From a virus (Duplodnaviria; Caudoviricetes): a DNA stretch of 56,111 nucleotides. The position numbers and the translations under genes are program-made. Under the pieces are notes generated by a model that was not told the DNA's origin, ran no database searches, and was given only the letters and a program-made list of their open reading frames with translations. Positions 11,270 through 21,538 of this stretch are shown one piece after another (the stretch's first letter is position 1; each line of letters opens with the position of its first letter). The stretch lies in the IMG/VR virus record IMGVR_UViG_3300027712_000037, positions 1 to 56,111 of that record; one strand, 5' to 3'.

Positions 11270-13651
11270 TTATTTTATTCCTGCTAATTTTTTCCAATCA
11301 GCTACATAATTTTCATTGACCCCGGTACGCTGACCCTGATGAGCAATCACCGGAATAGTTGTCTGACCAGTTGATTTTTGTTTATTCAACCCACCTGAAA
11401 TGACTTTAGTCATAAATGCAATGTCTTGCTCAAATCCCGCATCTGTTCCTTTGCCTGAACCTCCACCAACTTGATTAGCCCATTCATTGACATTTTGGAA
11501 TTCATCGTCTGTAGCAATTGCTTGATCTTCCTCAGCCTCGGCGTTTTCATCAGCGGTTGTTTCTGCTGCACCTGAATCAGGAAGATTATCTTCCGCTACA
11601 TTATAAGTCATTTGATCTTCTGATTCAACTTCATCAACCATTTCTTTGTTGTCACATTGGCAATCGCTTTCCATGTAACCACACTCATTACACTCTTCTT
11701 CATGATCTCCGTGGTCATGATCATGCTCTTCTTCATAATCTCCATCACTGATTGATGTATCACCGCCTGTTAATTTTTTCATTAACGCCATCATACCATC
11801 ATGGTCATCAACTACTTCAATACCACCTGGTGCTGTTCTAGGAGTTTCTTCACCTGGTGCAAAACCTTTGCTTTCATCTCCACCAAACAAACCTAAGCCT
11901 GCTGATTTGATTAAGCCTAACAATTGGTCGGCTTCACCATCTTGTGCTGATACGCTTACCGAATCAGGAGAACCTTGATGACCTTTAGAGATAGAAACTG
12001 TCATACCTTCATTAACTTCTTTACCTTCTAAGATAGCAGTTAATTGCTTATCCCATGATTCAAAAGCAAATTCATCTAGTACATCACTATCTTTGAAAGT
12101 TTGACCAAACGCTTTGAATGTATCCTTAGGAGACTTAATTGCCTGTTGCTTCATGTAAGAAGTTTTATCCATTTCGTACATGTCATCTTCTTCTAAGCCA
12201 TGAGCACCGTAACTAGCCATTGTGTCAACTACATCATGTTGTGATTCTTCACCAACATAACCTAAAATAGGTTGTTGGCCATAGCACTCATCAAGACCGC
12301 ACTTGTAACCTTCATGATATTGTCTTGCTTCTTCCATATCGTCATGACGACAGTTATATGCTTGTTTGCTTAAACCATGTGCCTTACCTTCATGATACGC
12401 TGCTCTTAAATGATGGTCTCTACCTTCTTTAACAGCCTTCTTTTTCTTGTCGGCAGCTGCCTTACGCATTGACTCTTTCTTGTCACCATCTTTATCTAAA
12501 TCAATATAGTCCGGCTTAGCGGCTTCTTTTACTGACTTCTTTTTCATATCGTATTCAATGTCCTTAGCAACTTTTTTACCCGTACGTTCTGCTTTATTAT
12601 CTTCAGCACCGCGCTTTTTACCATGTATGCCATCTTTTACTTTTTCATCATACTCAATATCTTTAGCGACTTTCTTGCCTGCTTTTTCAGCCTTATCATC
12701 TTTCTTTGCTGCTGCATCAGCTTTTTTCTTTGCTTCGCTAATAGGACTCATTAAACTATCATTTGGTGGAATATCAGCCTCATCTGTTTTTTTACGAAGC
12801 TTTCCTAAAGTTTTTGCAAGATTTGCTTGCTTTTCAGTGCTAGCAGGATAATCTTCTTTATTAGATAATACTTTACTAGCAAATGAAGATGTACTCATTC
12901 CATGTGATTTTGCTTTTTTAGTGAAAGCACCTGGATGCTTGATAGCACCTTTGATCCACTTTTCATCACCTTCTTCATCTAGTGGCTCAGTTGTACCAGG
13001 CTTTGTTAATTGCACTTGTCCAGTGTTAACTAAATCACCTAATTTTTTAACTTGGTCTGCTGAACCTACTGCTATAGTTTGACCTGTTTGTGTAGTCATT
13101 GTTGCAGGAGGCTTTTGACCAGCAGGCTGACCAGGCTTTACCATTACTTTCTGTGAGGAATTAGGTGCAGTAGCAGTTGATGTTGTGGTAGCAGTATTTT
13201 CTGCTAATACGCTTTCTACTCTTTCAACCCAATCTTTTAAACTTTTCTTTTTAATAGATTCATTTGCTTCTTTATCTTGAGGAGATTTATGTACTGTACC
13301 TTTTTTACCCGGTAATGATTTAGGCATTTTACCAATCATAACATTTTGAAGGTCTTTGGCACCAGAGTATCTATCTTTAGTATCTGCCGCTCCACCTGCT
13401 TTCTTAGGACGACCACGACCACGTTTCTCTGCACTAGCAGTGGTATCATCATCAGGATCTTGATCAGGATCACCTAACTCATCTGAAGTTTTTCCATATT
13501 TACCTACCTTACCGGCAACTGGTGTGCCTCTTTTCATATTAGGCTTATCACTAAAATCACCAGTCTTACCTACACGGTATGATGGTGAATAGCTTGCTTC
13601 TTTAGCCTCATTAAGCTGAGCCATTTTTGATAATAAATCTTTCATGTCCAT
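11270..13651 (-). CDS. large charged low-complexity protein, probable internal head protein
   Basis: Many [ILV]-x-E motifs (LNEA, ISEA, VKEA, VKEG, ILEG, VNEG); EF-hand-like DLDKDGDKKE; AAGGA RBS. Confidence 0.6.
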   Translation of the reverse strand: MDMKDLLSKMAQLNEAKEASYSPSYRVGKTGDFSDKPNMKRGTPVAGKVGKYGKTSDELGDPDQDPDDDTTASAEKRGRGRPKKAGGAADTKDRYSGAKDLQNVMIGKMPKSLPGKKGTVHKSPQDKEANESIKKKSLKDWVERVESVLAENTATTTSTATAPNSSQKVMVKPGQPAGQKPPATMTTQTGQTIAVGSADQVKKLGDLVNTGQVQLTKPGTTEPLDEEGDEKWIKGAIKHPGAFTKKAKSHGMSTSSFASKVLSNKEDYPASTEKQANLAKTLGKLRKKTDEADIPPNDSLMSPISEAKKKADAAAKKDDKAEKAGKKVAKDIEYDEKVKDGIHGKKRGAEDNKAERTGKKVAKDIEYDMKKKSVKEAAKPDYIDLDKDGDKKESMRKAAADKKKKAVKEGRDHHLRAAYHEGKAHGLSKQAYNCRHDDMEEARQYHEGYKCGLDECYGQQPILGYVGEESQHDVVDTMASYGAHGLEEDDMYEMDKTSYMKQQAIKSPKDTFKAFGQTFKDSDVLDEFAFESWDKQLTAILEGKEVNEGMTVSISKGHQGSPDSVSVSAQDGEADQLLGLIKSAGLGLFGGDESKGFAPGEETPRTAPGGIEVVDDHDGMMALMKKLTGGDTSISDGDYEEEHDHDHGDHEEECNECGYMESDCQCDNKEMVDEVESEDQMTYNVAEDNLPDSGAAETTADENAEAEEDQAIATDDEFQNVNEWANQVGGGSGKGTDAGFEQDIAFMTKVISGGLNKQKSTGQTTIPVIAHQGQRTGVNENYVADWKKLAGIK

Positions 13652-13662
13652 TTTGTTGTTCC

Positions 13663-14289
13663 TTATCTATTGAACTTAGCGCCAGTCGCTGGTTTATTTG
13701 GTCTAGTAATCTTGCTCATTGGGCTATTATCACCTCTAGGATCTTGAGGTATAACTTTGAATGGATCAAATGCTGGTTGAGTTTTTTGCCCTGCATAAGT
13801 AATATCAATTTCATTATCCTTCATTTGATCTTTAACGCTTGTCAAATATGACTCACCATATGCTTTACTAGCCTCTTTACTACCCGGTGCTGAACCCATT
13901 TCATTTTTAGTAAGCAATGGGCTTTCTTTCATTTGATTAGCATACTCATCTGATTCTGTATTAATACTGTCATTAAAATTTGTACTAATTAAACGGACCA
14001 TGTTAACATTATACCCACATAATTGTGCTATTTGCTGGATCATAGGTTCTGTAGCTGGATATCTAAATTTACATTTAAGTATAGTTACAGATTCATTGCT
14101 TAAATTAGGAAAACCATATGGATCTTTTTGAATAGGCGTGGTTGTAGGAGCACTGATATCAATAGGATCAAACTTACTTAGATTGTATTTAAACAAATCT
14201 AAAAAGTTTTTATCAACATCACCTGCAATTTTAATAGTGCAGTTATATGTATGCACACTTTCGGTAATATATGTTTTAAGGCTTTTCAT
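13663..14289 (-). CDS. hypothetical late protein with capsid-targeting-like N-terminus
   Basis: Starts MKSLKTYITES; GATAAATA at 14309-14316. Confidence 0.65.
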   Translation of the reverse strand: MKSLKTYITESVHTYNCTIKIAGDVDKNFLDLFKYNLSKFDPIDISAPTTTPIQKDPYGFPNLSNESVTILKCKFRYPATEPMIQQIAQLCGYNVNMVRLISTNFNDSINTESDEYANQMKESPLLTKNEMGSAPGSKEASKAYGESYLTSVKDQMKDNEIDITYAGQKTQPAFDPFKVIPQDPRGDNSPMSKITRPNKPATGAKFNR

Positions 14290-14314
14290 TGCATGTTCCC
14301 GTATCTAGTATTTA

Positions 14315-14797
14315 TCATTCTTCGTTCTTTTTACCTGCTAGAATTTTTAATAACTCATTTCTATCTAAAGCCTTACCTTCACCCAATGGAGTATTTGATA
14401 TTTCTTCTACAGCAGGATTTAATTTATGATCTAATGTAGCTTTCTTTAATTGTAGTTCTATCATTTTAAGTTTTTTGTTAATTTTAGCCGTTTTAGCAGT
14501 AATGGCATGATTTAACATATTACTAGCAACACTAAATATTTCACTGCTAAATCTACTGTCTACTTGCATACCTAAATCCATAAGGTCTTTATAACTATTA
14601 GTAGCTAAATCAGCTAAACTATCCATCTCAATATCTGCAACTTCTAAACCCCGTACTTGAGGTAAAGCATTTTCTATTTTTTCTAAATTAGTTAATGCTT
14701 CTTTAGTAATTTCTATTGCATTTTCAGGAATAGGTTTAGATAAAGATTCTATATCTGCTTCTGGTAGTTCAAATAATTCTTCTAATTTTTTTGTCAT
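14315..14797 (-). CDS. probable terminase small subunit (T4 gp16-like)
   Basis: Helical core DLMDLG...SRFSSEIFSVASNML...KLKMIELQLKK...RNELLKIL; next to the gp4-like gene; CTAAATA at 14803-14809. Confidence 0.5.
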   Translation of the reverse strand: MTKKLEELFELPEADIESLSKPIPENAIEITKEALTNLEKIENALPQVRGLEVADIEMDSLADLATNSYKDLMDLGMQVDSRFSSEIFSVASNMLNHAITAKTAKINKKLKMIELQLKKATLDHKLNPAVEEISNTPLGEGKALDRNELLKILAGKKNEE

Positions 14798-14809
14798 AAT
14801 AATATTTAG

Positions 14810-15247
14810 TTAGGGTTGGTTACCATTTCTAAATAAATCCTTTTCTGTAATTACTCTAAAAGTATATCCTTGACTTTTACAATATCCCATAGCTGCGGCC
14901 CATTTAGCATGATTTATAGCAACAATCATTCTGTCCTTTGCAGTAGCTGCTTTACTTTCAATAATACTTTGTTTTTGTGGTTTTATTTCTACTACTTCTG
15001 CTACTTTTTTGCCAAACTTGTTTTCATAAACTACAAAAAAATCAGGGACATATATGGTTGGTTTACCTGTAAAAGGATGCTTATATGGAATTCGTAATGC
15101 TTCACTGGCCCAATATAGTACATTATTGTGAGTATCACAAAATGTCATAAACGTAAGTTCCCAACCTGAACGATACTTAGGAGAATGTTTTCCTATATAT
15201 TTTTGAGGGTTTTTTGGGGTATAAAAACCTTGTGCCCATTTTCCCAT
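14810..15247 (-). CDS. head completion nuclease (T4 gp4-like, TnsA-type PD-(D/E)xK)
   Basis: G.Y.PKNPQKYIG...YRSGWE..FM..CD...WASE...IPY...YVPDF...EIKP...N.AKW.AA...FRVITE. Confidence 0.9.
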   Translation of the reverse strand: MGKWAQGFYTPKNPQKYIGKHSPKYRSGWELTFMTFCDTHNNVLYWASEALRIPYKHPFTGKPTIYVPDFFVVYENKFGKKVAEVVEIKPQKQSIIESKAATAKDRMIVAINHAKWAAAMGYCKSQGYTFRVITEKDLFRNGNQP

Positions 15248-15248
15248 A

Positions 15249-15620
15249 TCATTGTACTATATTTCTCGCTACAGGTATATTAGGCCTAGGAACAATGCTT
15301 ATTCCATACAAAGAAGTTTTCGACTTTAAACTATTTAAATAAAAACAAATTTTTTTATTCATTTGTAATTTACTACCGCTACCCTGTAGTTCATCTAACA
15401 AGTCTAATACATTTAATCCGGTTTCGGTAGCCGCTCTAAATAAAACTGCTGTAAAATTTTGTGCTATGCTATTAGTTGCACATACACTAGAAAAATATCC
15501 ATATACAATATCAAATTGGTCAGCACCAACTATTACATCAGTAGAATAAAAAGAATCAAAAATTCTAATAGTTCGATCTATGCTGGATCTATTATCTATT
15601 ATTCTAGCCACTAGTTGCAC
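15249..15620 (-). CDS. hypothetical protein (tail/baseplate cluster)
   Basis: 123-aa ORF; true start may be GTG at 15611. Confidence 0.65.
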   Translation of the reverse strand: MQLVARIIDNRSSIDRTIRIFDSFYSTDVIVGADQFDIVYGYFSSVCATNSIAQNFTAVLFRAATETGLNVLDLLDELQGSGSKLQMNKKICFYLNSLKSKTSLYGISIVPRPNIPVARNIVQ

Positions 15621-15876
15621 CTATATATGTTACTTGAGAACCTGCATAAGGATATAGCCCCACTCCCTTAGGATATTGAATTGCTAACATTGTGGGATAT
15701 CCAGCACCTGGATTGGGTGTGGATTGACCTACAGGATATAAAGTAGATATATTTCTATTATAATTTGGATTATTTCTTAATGTTACTGACAATGCTGCCA
15801 CAGATTGTAATGGATCTGAAGTAACTAACCCAGGTGTTTTTTGATAGTTATAAGCTACGTTTGGATTATTTAACAT
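15604..15876 (-). CDS. hypothetical protein
   Basis: 90-aa ORF with an AAAGGG RBS-like site. Confidence 0.55.
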   Translation of the reverse strand: MLNNPNVAYNYQKTPGLVTSDPLQSVAALSVTLRNNPNYNRNISTLYPVGQSTPNPGAGYPTMLAIQYPKGVGLYPYAGSQVTYIGATSG

Positions 15877-15890
15877 GTTATACCCTTTTA

Positions 15891-16847
15891 TTATTGATTC
15901 ATATAACCACCGGCCGGTGGAATATAATTACTGTTTCCTGCAACAGGACTATTATTACCCTTCGGCGTAATAGGACTTAATATTGTGTCGTATGATTCAG
16001 TTAAACCAAATCCTTGAACAATATTTCCAGGGGTTTTGCCATCCATAGCACCTGCATTATAAACTACAGTTTCATATCCTAAATCCATTTGAATATCCAT
16101 TGTACCACCGCCTTCTGCATAGCTATATGTATCATGATTCAATGAATTAATAATTGGATTAATTAGTGTATATGCAGTAAATTTATGTTGATTAAATCCA
16201 AATATAGTAATATTTTTAAAAAAAGGAATTTTAATTAAACTAGGGTTAGGACTTTCTCCCCAATAACCCCAATTATTATTACCAACAATATTATCTGTAT
16301 TTGTGTAAATGTTTCTATAATTGTAATTAGCATCTGTTGCTGATTGCACAGACTCGTCTCCGCCCTGAGTTGGTCTAGCAATTCCGCCTCTAGCACCTTG
16401 AAAGACAGCACCAAAATTTGAACCATCTTTATAATAGTATGTATAATATGCATCCCATAAACTGGTAATCATATTATCATTATCATCATGAAAATTAATA
16501 GTAACAGGATTATATTTGATTTTAGTTTGTACGATTCTTTTTCTATTGTATTGATTAAGTTCAACCGTGTTTATTTGATAGCTAGGTAATTTAACACTTT
16601 TAACTACAAGGCCAAAATTGTCACCAGTACTTATATTTTGATCATATGCTGGTTGATTAATTTCAAAATACACATGAAATAAAAATTTAAGTTTAGGTGC
16701 CCTTTGATAAACACCAGTTCTAAATATTTTTGCTGCGTGTTGTGCATCACGCAGATTTGCACCAGCAGGAGAATAAGTTTTACCGTCATTGGAAGGACTG
16801 GGTTTACCAGTCCTTCTTTGTAAGTTCTCCCCGTTAGAATTGGCCAT
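15891..16847 (-). CDS. tail-tube-fold baseplate/tube initiator protein
   Basis: PKLKFLFHV.F...VKSVKLPS...YN...K.KYNPVTINFHDD parallels the adjacent tube protein. Confidence 0.7.
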   Translation of the reverse strand: MANSNGENLQRRTGKPSPSNDGKTYSPAGANLRDAQHAAKIFRTGVYQRAPKLKFLFHVYFEINQPAYDQNISTGDNFGLVVKSVKLPSYQINTVELNQYNRKRIVQTKIKYNPVTINFHDDNDNMITSLWDAYYTYYYKDGSNFGAVFQGARGGIARPTQGGDESVQSATDANYNYRNIYTNTDNIVGNNNWGYWGESPNPSLIKIPFFKNITIFGFNQHKFTAYTLINPIINSLNHDTYSYAEGGGTMDIQMDLGYETVVYNAGAMDGKTPGNIVQGFGLTESYDTILSPITPKGNNSPVAGNSNYIPPAGGYMNQ

Positions 16848-16858
16848 GCGTTACCTTA

Positions 16859-17491
16859 TTAGGCTACGCTTGTAGCTGTATCTGTTGGGTTTCTTTGTGG
16901 TTGTGCTACCTGTCCTACGCCTTCTTCGACTCCATTGTATCCTGTTTGGATAGCGTTGTCGAATTGTACTGTCAATGCTATTTTGATATCTTCGCTAGTG
17001 CCGTAGTTAACTGTGTTATAGTTAACTGCTTCTAGGTAACAGCCAACTAAATACCATGTTTCAAGTATTTGCGGTGTTGCAATTCCATTACCACCGTCTA
17101 AAATTTCTAAAGTCATTGAAAACTTATAGTCACTTGAAGAAGCAGCACTGGCTTGTTCTGCCATATCTAATTGTCTTTGCAATTGCGCACCGATCGCTCT
17201 AGATACTGCACCTGAAGCATCATCACGCACATTTATAGACATTGTTTGCCATGTATGCTTGCCTGCCATGTAAATGGTAGAGTTGTATACTGGTAGTGTA
17301 ATCTTAGCAAATGAAAGGTTTGGTCTGGAACAATCAACAACTTGGCGTGTTAATTCGAGACCATCTCCAAGACCAAAATTGAAAAAGTTTAGACGGTATC
17401 TAAACTGTAACTTTGGCATCAACAATGTCTGATTACTAGCATTGGTATCACTTGCTGACAGATTAACTAGTGTTTGTGAGGCTATCGCCAT
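16859..17491 (-). CDS. tail tube protein (T4 gp19-like)
   Basis: MPKLQFRYR...RPNLSF...YNS.IY.AGKHTW...RDD...LETW.L.GC...QFDNA; directly after the sheath gene; GATAAATA at 17513-17520; AGGAG RBS. Confidence 0.9.
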   Translation of the reverse strand: MAIASQTLVNLSASDTNASNQTLLMPKLQFRYRLNFFNFGLGDGLELTRQVVDCSRPNLSFAKITLPVYNSTIYMAGKHTWQTMSINVRDDASGAVSRAIGAQLQRQLDMAEQASAASSSDYKFSMTLEILDGGNGIATPQILETWYLVGCYLEAVNYNTVNYGTSEDIKIALTVQFDNAIQTGYNGVEEGVGQVAQPQRNPTDTATSVA

Positions 17492-17524
17492 TATAATTTC
17501 TCCTGTTAATATTATTTATCTTTT

Positions 17525-17550
17525 ATTAAGGGGCATTTCTACCCCTTAAT
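17525..17550 (-). terminator. stem-loop with GAAA tetraloop after the sheath gene
   Basis: ATTAAGGGGTA-GAAA-TGCCCCTTAAT; weak U-tract, so it may be a stabiliser rather than a terminator. Confidence 0.6.
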
Positions 17551-17554
17551 TTTC

Positions 17555-20500
17555 TTATAGAGCTGCTAACTCACCTGTATTCAAAATACGAACTGGGATG
17601 TAGATGAATTCAACAGCCTTAACCGGCTCAATCGCAACGTCTACCCAAAGCTCATTTCTATCAATTCTAGCAGGAGTGTTGTTTGACTCATCACATACAA
17701 CTAGATAATCATATATACCACGTTTTGCTTGTAAATCAAGCATTAACGATGTTACTACGTTTGCAATTTGACCTCTAGTAAATGCATCGTTAGGTTCAAA
17801 TACGAACGGCCGTGCTGCAATAGTTAGTTGACGACGAATGTACGCAATTAATCTTGCAACGTTAGTTCTATCTAATGCACTTTGTGAATCAAAGCTTGTT
17901 TTATTACCATAATTCAATAAACCATTTCCGGTAAAGAAAACCAAAGGATTTATGAAGTTAAGATATAATACATCACGAATTCCTATTCTAGTTTTAGTAG
18001 GTTCAAATTCACCTGTAGTTCTATTTACATAGCCAATGTTTGCTGCATTGTCAATAATGCCTCTTCTTGTACCTGCTGCTGCTAACCAAGGATAAGCAAT
18101 AGTATCATTGCGTAAGAAAGTACGCAACATCATGTGTGATGCAGGAACCGCTACTTCATTACCTGCTAAATCAAATGCTATTCCACTTGGATAAAACAAA
18201 CCTAAGAAAGTATTGCGTGTTACACAACCTTCTTCACCTGTACTTGTTGCACCTGCTGCATTTGTAGCCCAAGCTTGAATAGCGGTTGCACTATCAGGTA
18301 ATCCTAATGGTGTATCACCTAATATGTAAGCTGTTTCCCCGCGATCGGCATTTAACACTACCATATTAGGTTGTAATTCAGGATAATTAGGAGTAGCCAT
18401 TAAGCTAAAGTAGTTGTCTTCATCACGAATATTAGGATTAGTATCAATCGTAGATCTTAATGATTCTACTACCATTGCTCTTTGAGCCTTACGACCCATA
18501 TATGGGCTACCATTAAATTGTAATCCGCTAGCTGATACCCATGCGTCCCTTTCAGTAGGCAGTGATTCACCAGGGAAACTAGTCGAATTAAAATAATTAA
18601 CCCTATATTGTTTAACATTATAACCTGAACGGCGTGTATTAAACAATAACATTCCTACTGGATATGTGCTTGGACTTGGCGCATCCAAATCTAAATAATT
18701 ACTGAGTAACAAACTTGCTATTGATGCAATAGGATCGTCTGCTGGATTAACATTACCATTGGTTGCCCAACGAGCATCAGCAAATACTATACCGGTACTA
18801 TTAACTTGATCCGTATTGTCTATTAGTACCCACATATCTTCTCCGTCAACTTGTTGCCAACGAGAAATTACAGGATAATCTTCTAGATTAGTAGTGTCGA
18901 TCCAAAGATCACCGTAAACTAACGGTGTACCATCACTTTGTACAATTGGTTCAGTTGGGGTTACAATGGGACCAGCTGGATCAGTAGTATTACTTCCCGA
19001 TATCGGGAATCCATTAGAATCATAGTTAATATTCCTGTAGCCGCGCCATCCGTTTGTAGTATTTACCATAATGTCAACTTGATTTACTACACTATAAAAC
19101 CAATTTGTGTTATTAGCAGGTGCTGCTACTGGTGCACCTTCATTAGCTGTGTAATCAAAATCAACCCAATTACTTAATTCTATGAGATTAGCTACAGCAG
19201 GTATACCACCACTATAGGCTACTGAGATTAACCCGCCTCCGTCAACTTCAGCAACTTTTAGTAATAAGTCATTTGCAGGGGATTGACCACCGAGATTGGT
19301 TCCTAAAACCCTAATATTATCACCTACAGCATATCCAGATCCTTGGTTATTACCAATAGAAATATCTGAATAGCTCCCCCATGCTGTAACATTTAATTTA
19401 GCGTCCGCCCCTGATCCACCTGTAACAGGGACATCAACAAATCGATTAAATAAAGTAGGTCCAACTTTAACACCTATATCTCCAATATTAAATCCAGCTT
19501 CTACTACTAAGCCAGAAGATGTACCTTGGAGTTGATTTCTAATTGAACCTACTTCAAATGTAAGATCATTTGTGGTGAGTATTCCGCCTAAATTATTTCC
19601 GGCAATGGACAGCGTGTCACCGACAGCATAACCTGTACCTGAATTAACAATTGTTATTGTGGTGTTACTGCTAGTATAAGTTGTACTATTTCCTGTTTTA
19701 ACTACGATAGCAAAAGCTCCAGAACCAAGACCTGACTCTGTAATAACAGGTACATTAGCATATATTCCAGGTCCTGGAATACTAGTTCCTGCAATACTTC
19801 CAGAATTTACTGTCGCCAGCAAACCAAGCACATTAACTACATAATAATCATTCAAAATGATTACACCGCCCTCAGTATGTGTTAATTGAATCGCGCCATT
19901 ACTTGCTACACTAGCAGTAGTATACAAAATATTTGCTGCCGACCATGCAGTAACAAACTCAGTAGCGTCTGCATTATCTCCTAAATTTACAATATATGAA
20001 CTAGATAATCCAGATGCACCAGGGATAGAAACGTTTACCTGAAAGCTATAGGGTCCATTGGTAAAAAGCGGAGAAGTATTTGTACCAGTAATTACTGTAG
20101 GACCGGTAGCATATCTTTCCCAAAAATATACAGAATTAGTTGTCGCTAAACCATCACTATTATAATATTGAGAATATATTGTCCCTGCAGGAATTTTTTT
20201 ACCACCTGTGGGGTCCAATACTGCACACGCTTCCCAGTCACTGGTAAATAAAGTTGCATTTTTGTTAATCCAAGATGCGGTTACTGCGTCATATTGAGAA
20301 ATATTTGGTAGTAGTCCATTACCCGCAGATCCAACTTTTACCCATACTGAACCAGTAGGTCTAGGAAAGGCTTGTCCAGTTTGCCACAATGGTTGCTGTG
20401 CTGAAGTTCCCCACTGTAATAAAGGTGGCAAATAATTACCTTGATTAATTCCTAAATCATCAAGTACTGTACCCGTAGGTCCAGATATTTGAACAGTTTG

Positions 20501-21415
20501 AGAGTTTGGAGATCCATTATATAGTGCATTCGAATAAATAGTTAATTTTCCGTTTGGTGCGGCAGCACTCAACTGTGCCCATCCTAAACTATTAATGGCA
20601 GCCGTTATGACATTGACATTTGATTGGCCTCCGCCTGAATTAGGAACAGTAATAATAACAGAAGTTGCTGCAATACCATTGTCCACTAAGGTAATAGTGA
20701 AGGTATCTCCGGCTGTTAAAACAGGATTAGATTGAGTACCTTGAATGGTAGGCCAACTCTGTGCCCATTGGGGTGATCCAAGAGGTACCCAAGTGTTAGC
20801 AGGTGTTTTATAAAAAATTTCTTGATTAAATACTGAAGTTAGTTGGCTAGCTATTACTGCATAATCACCAATATTTCCTAGACTAGGAATTGGTACGCCT
20901 CCATTTAAATTAATCGGATTTGTAATTACGATAGGATTCTGTAAAGTAAATTGTCCAGTTGTAGCATTAAATTGATTTATACCCCATGTTGAGTTTGTAG
21001 TATCTAACCACCATGAACCATTCTCAGGTGCACCAGTTGGGCGACCTGTTTGTCCTACTAAACTAGCTAAATCAATATCTGCTCTTAATACATAACAACG
21101 GTTAGTGACACCCAATAATGAGTATGCTGCTAATAATCCATATTCATTGAGTTCGTAACCCTGAATAGGAGTACCTGCAGTTGTTGTATAGAAGAAAGGA
21201 TTACCATATAATGTAACAAGATCGCGTTGGCTTGTTACTTGATATAATTTACCTGCATTTGCTGTTGTAGTAGCAACTGCTACTCCCGTACCAGTTGGGT
21301 CAGCTTTGTTTTGTGCTGTTGCTACTAATACGAAAGGTACGGAACCGGTTGCGGCTGGAAGATATTGACTTTGATCAATGATTGTAACTTCAACGCCAGG
21401 ACTTGTTAATGCCAT
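17555..21415 (-). CDS. tail sheath protein (T4 gp18-like) with large insertions
   Basis: MALTSPGVEVTIIDQS start; C-terminal PWLAAAG..RG, INP, SALDRTNVARL, FVFEPND, VCDESNNTP..IDRNEL, PVKAVEFIYI; ATAAATA at 21470-21476. Confidence 0.95.
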   Translation of the reverse strand: MALTSPGVEVTIIDQSQYLPAATGSVPFVLVATAQNKADPTGTGVAVATTTANAGKLYQVTSQRDLVTLYGNPFFYTTTAGTPIQGYELNEYGLLAAYSLLGVTNRCYVLRADIDLASLVGQTGRPTGAPENGSWWLDTTNSTWGINQFNATTGQFTLQNPIVITNPINLNGGVPIPSLGNIGDYAVIASQLTSVFNQEIFYKTPANTWVPLGSPQWAQSWPTIQGTQSNPVLTAGDTFTITLVDNGIAATSVIITVPNSGGGQSNVNVITAAINSLGWAQLSAAAPNGKLTIYSNALYNGSPNSQTVQISGPTGTVLDDLGINQGNYLPPLLQWGTSAQQPLWQTGQAFPRPTGSVWVKVGSAGNGLLPNISQYDAVTASWINKNATLFTSDWEACAVLDPTGGKKIPAGTIYSQYYNSDGLATTNSVYFWERYATGPTVITGTNTSPLFTNGPYSFQVNVSIPGASGLSSSYIVNLGDNADATEFVTAWSAANILYTTASVASNGAIQLTHTEGGVIILNDYYVVNVLGLLATVNSGSIAGTSIPGPGIYANVPVITESGLGSGAFAIVVKTGNSTTYTSSNTTITIVNSGTGYAVGDTLSIAGNNLGGILTTNDLTFEVGSIRNQLQGTSSGLVVEAGFNIGDIGVKVGPTLFNRFVDVPVTGGSGADAKLNVTAWGSYSDISIGNNQGSGYAVGDNIRVLGTNLGGQSPANDLLLKVAEVDGGGLISVAYSGGIPAVANLIELSNWVDFDYTANEGAPVAAPANNTNWFYSVVNQVDIMVNTTNGWRGYRNINYDSNGFPISGSNTTDPAGPIVTPTEPIVQSDGTPLVYGDLWIDTTNLEDYPVISRWQQVDGEDMWVLIDNTDQVNSTGIVFADARWATNGNVNPADDPIASIASLLLSNYLDLDAPSPSTYPVGMLLFNTRRSGYNVKQYRVNYFNSTSFPGESLPTERDAWVSASGLQFNGSPYMGRKAQRAMVVESLRSTIDTNPNIRDEDNYFSLMATPNYPELQPNMVVLNADRGETAYILGDTPLGLPDSATAIQAWATNAAGATSTGEEGCVTRNTFLGLFYPSGIAFDLAGNEVAVPASHMMLRTFLRNDTIAYPWLAAAGTRRGIIDNAANIGYVNRTTGEFEPTKTRIGIRDVLYLNFINPLVFFTGNGLLNYGNKTSFDSQSALDRTNVARLIAYIRRQLTIAARPFVFEPNDAFTRGQIANVVTSLMLDLQAKRGIYDYLVVCDESNNTPARIDRNELWVDVAIEPVKAVEFIYIPVRILNTGELAAL

Positions 21416-21538
21416 TTTATTTTTCCTTATTGTAAAATTATGAGGTTTACCACCTAGTTTGCATAATATTATTTATTTTATTTTTTAAAAAACAGCCATT
21501 TAGACGAACCTTCGAAGGTAAAGATCATAAATAATAAT

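Noticed and set aside
14810-15247. TnsA transposase of a Tn7-like element
   Set aside because: Motifs and context fit a T4 gp4-like head completion protein; no tnsB/C or transposon ends.
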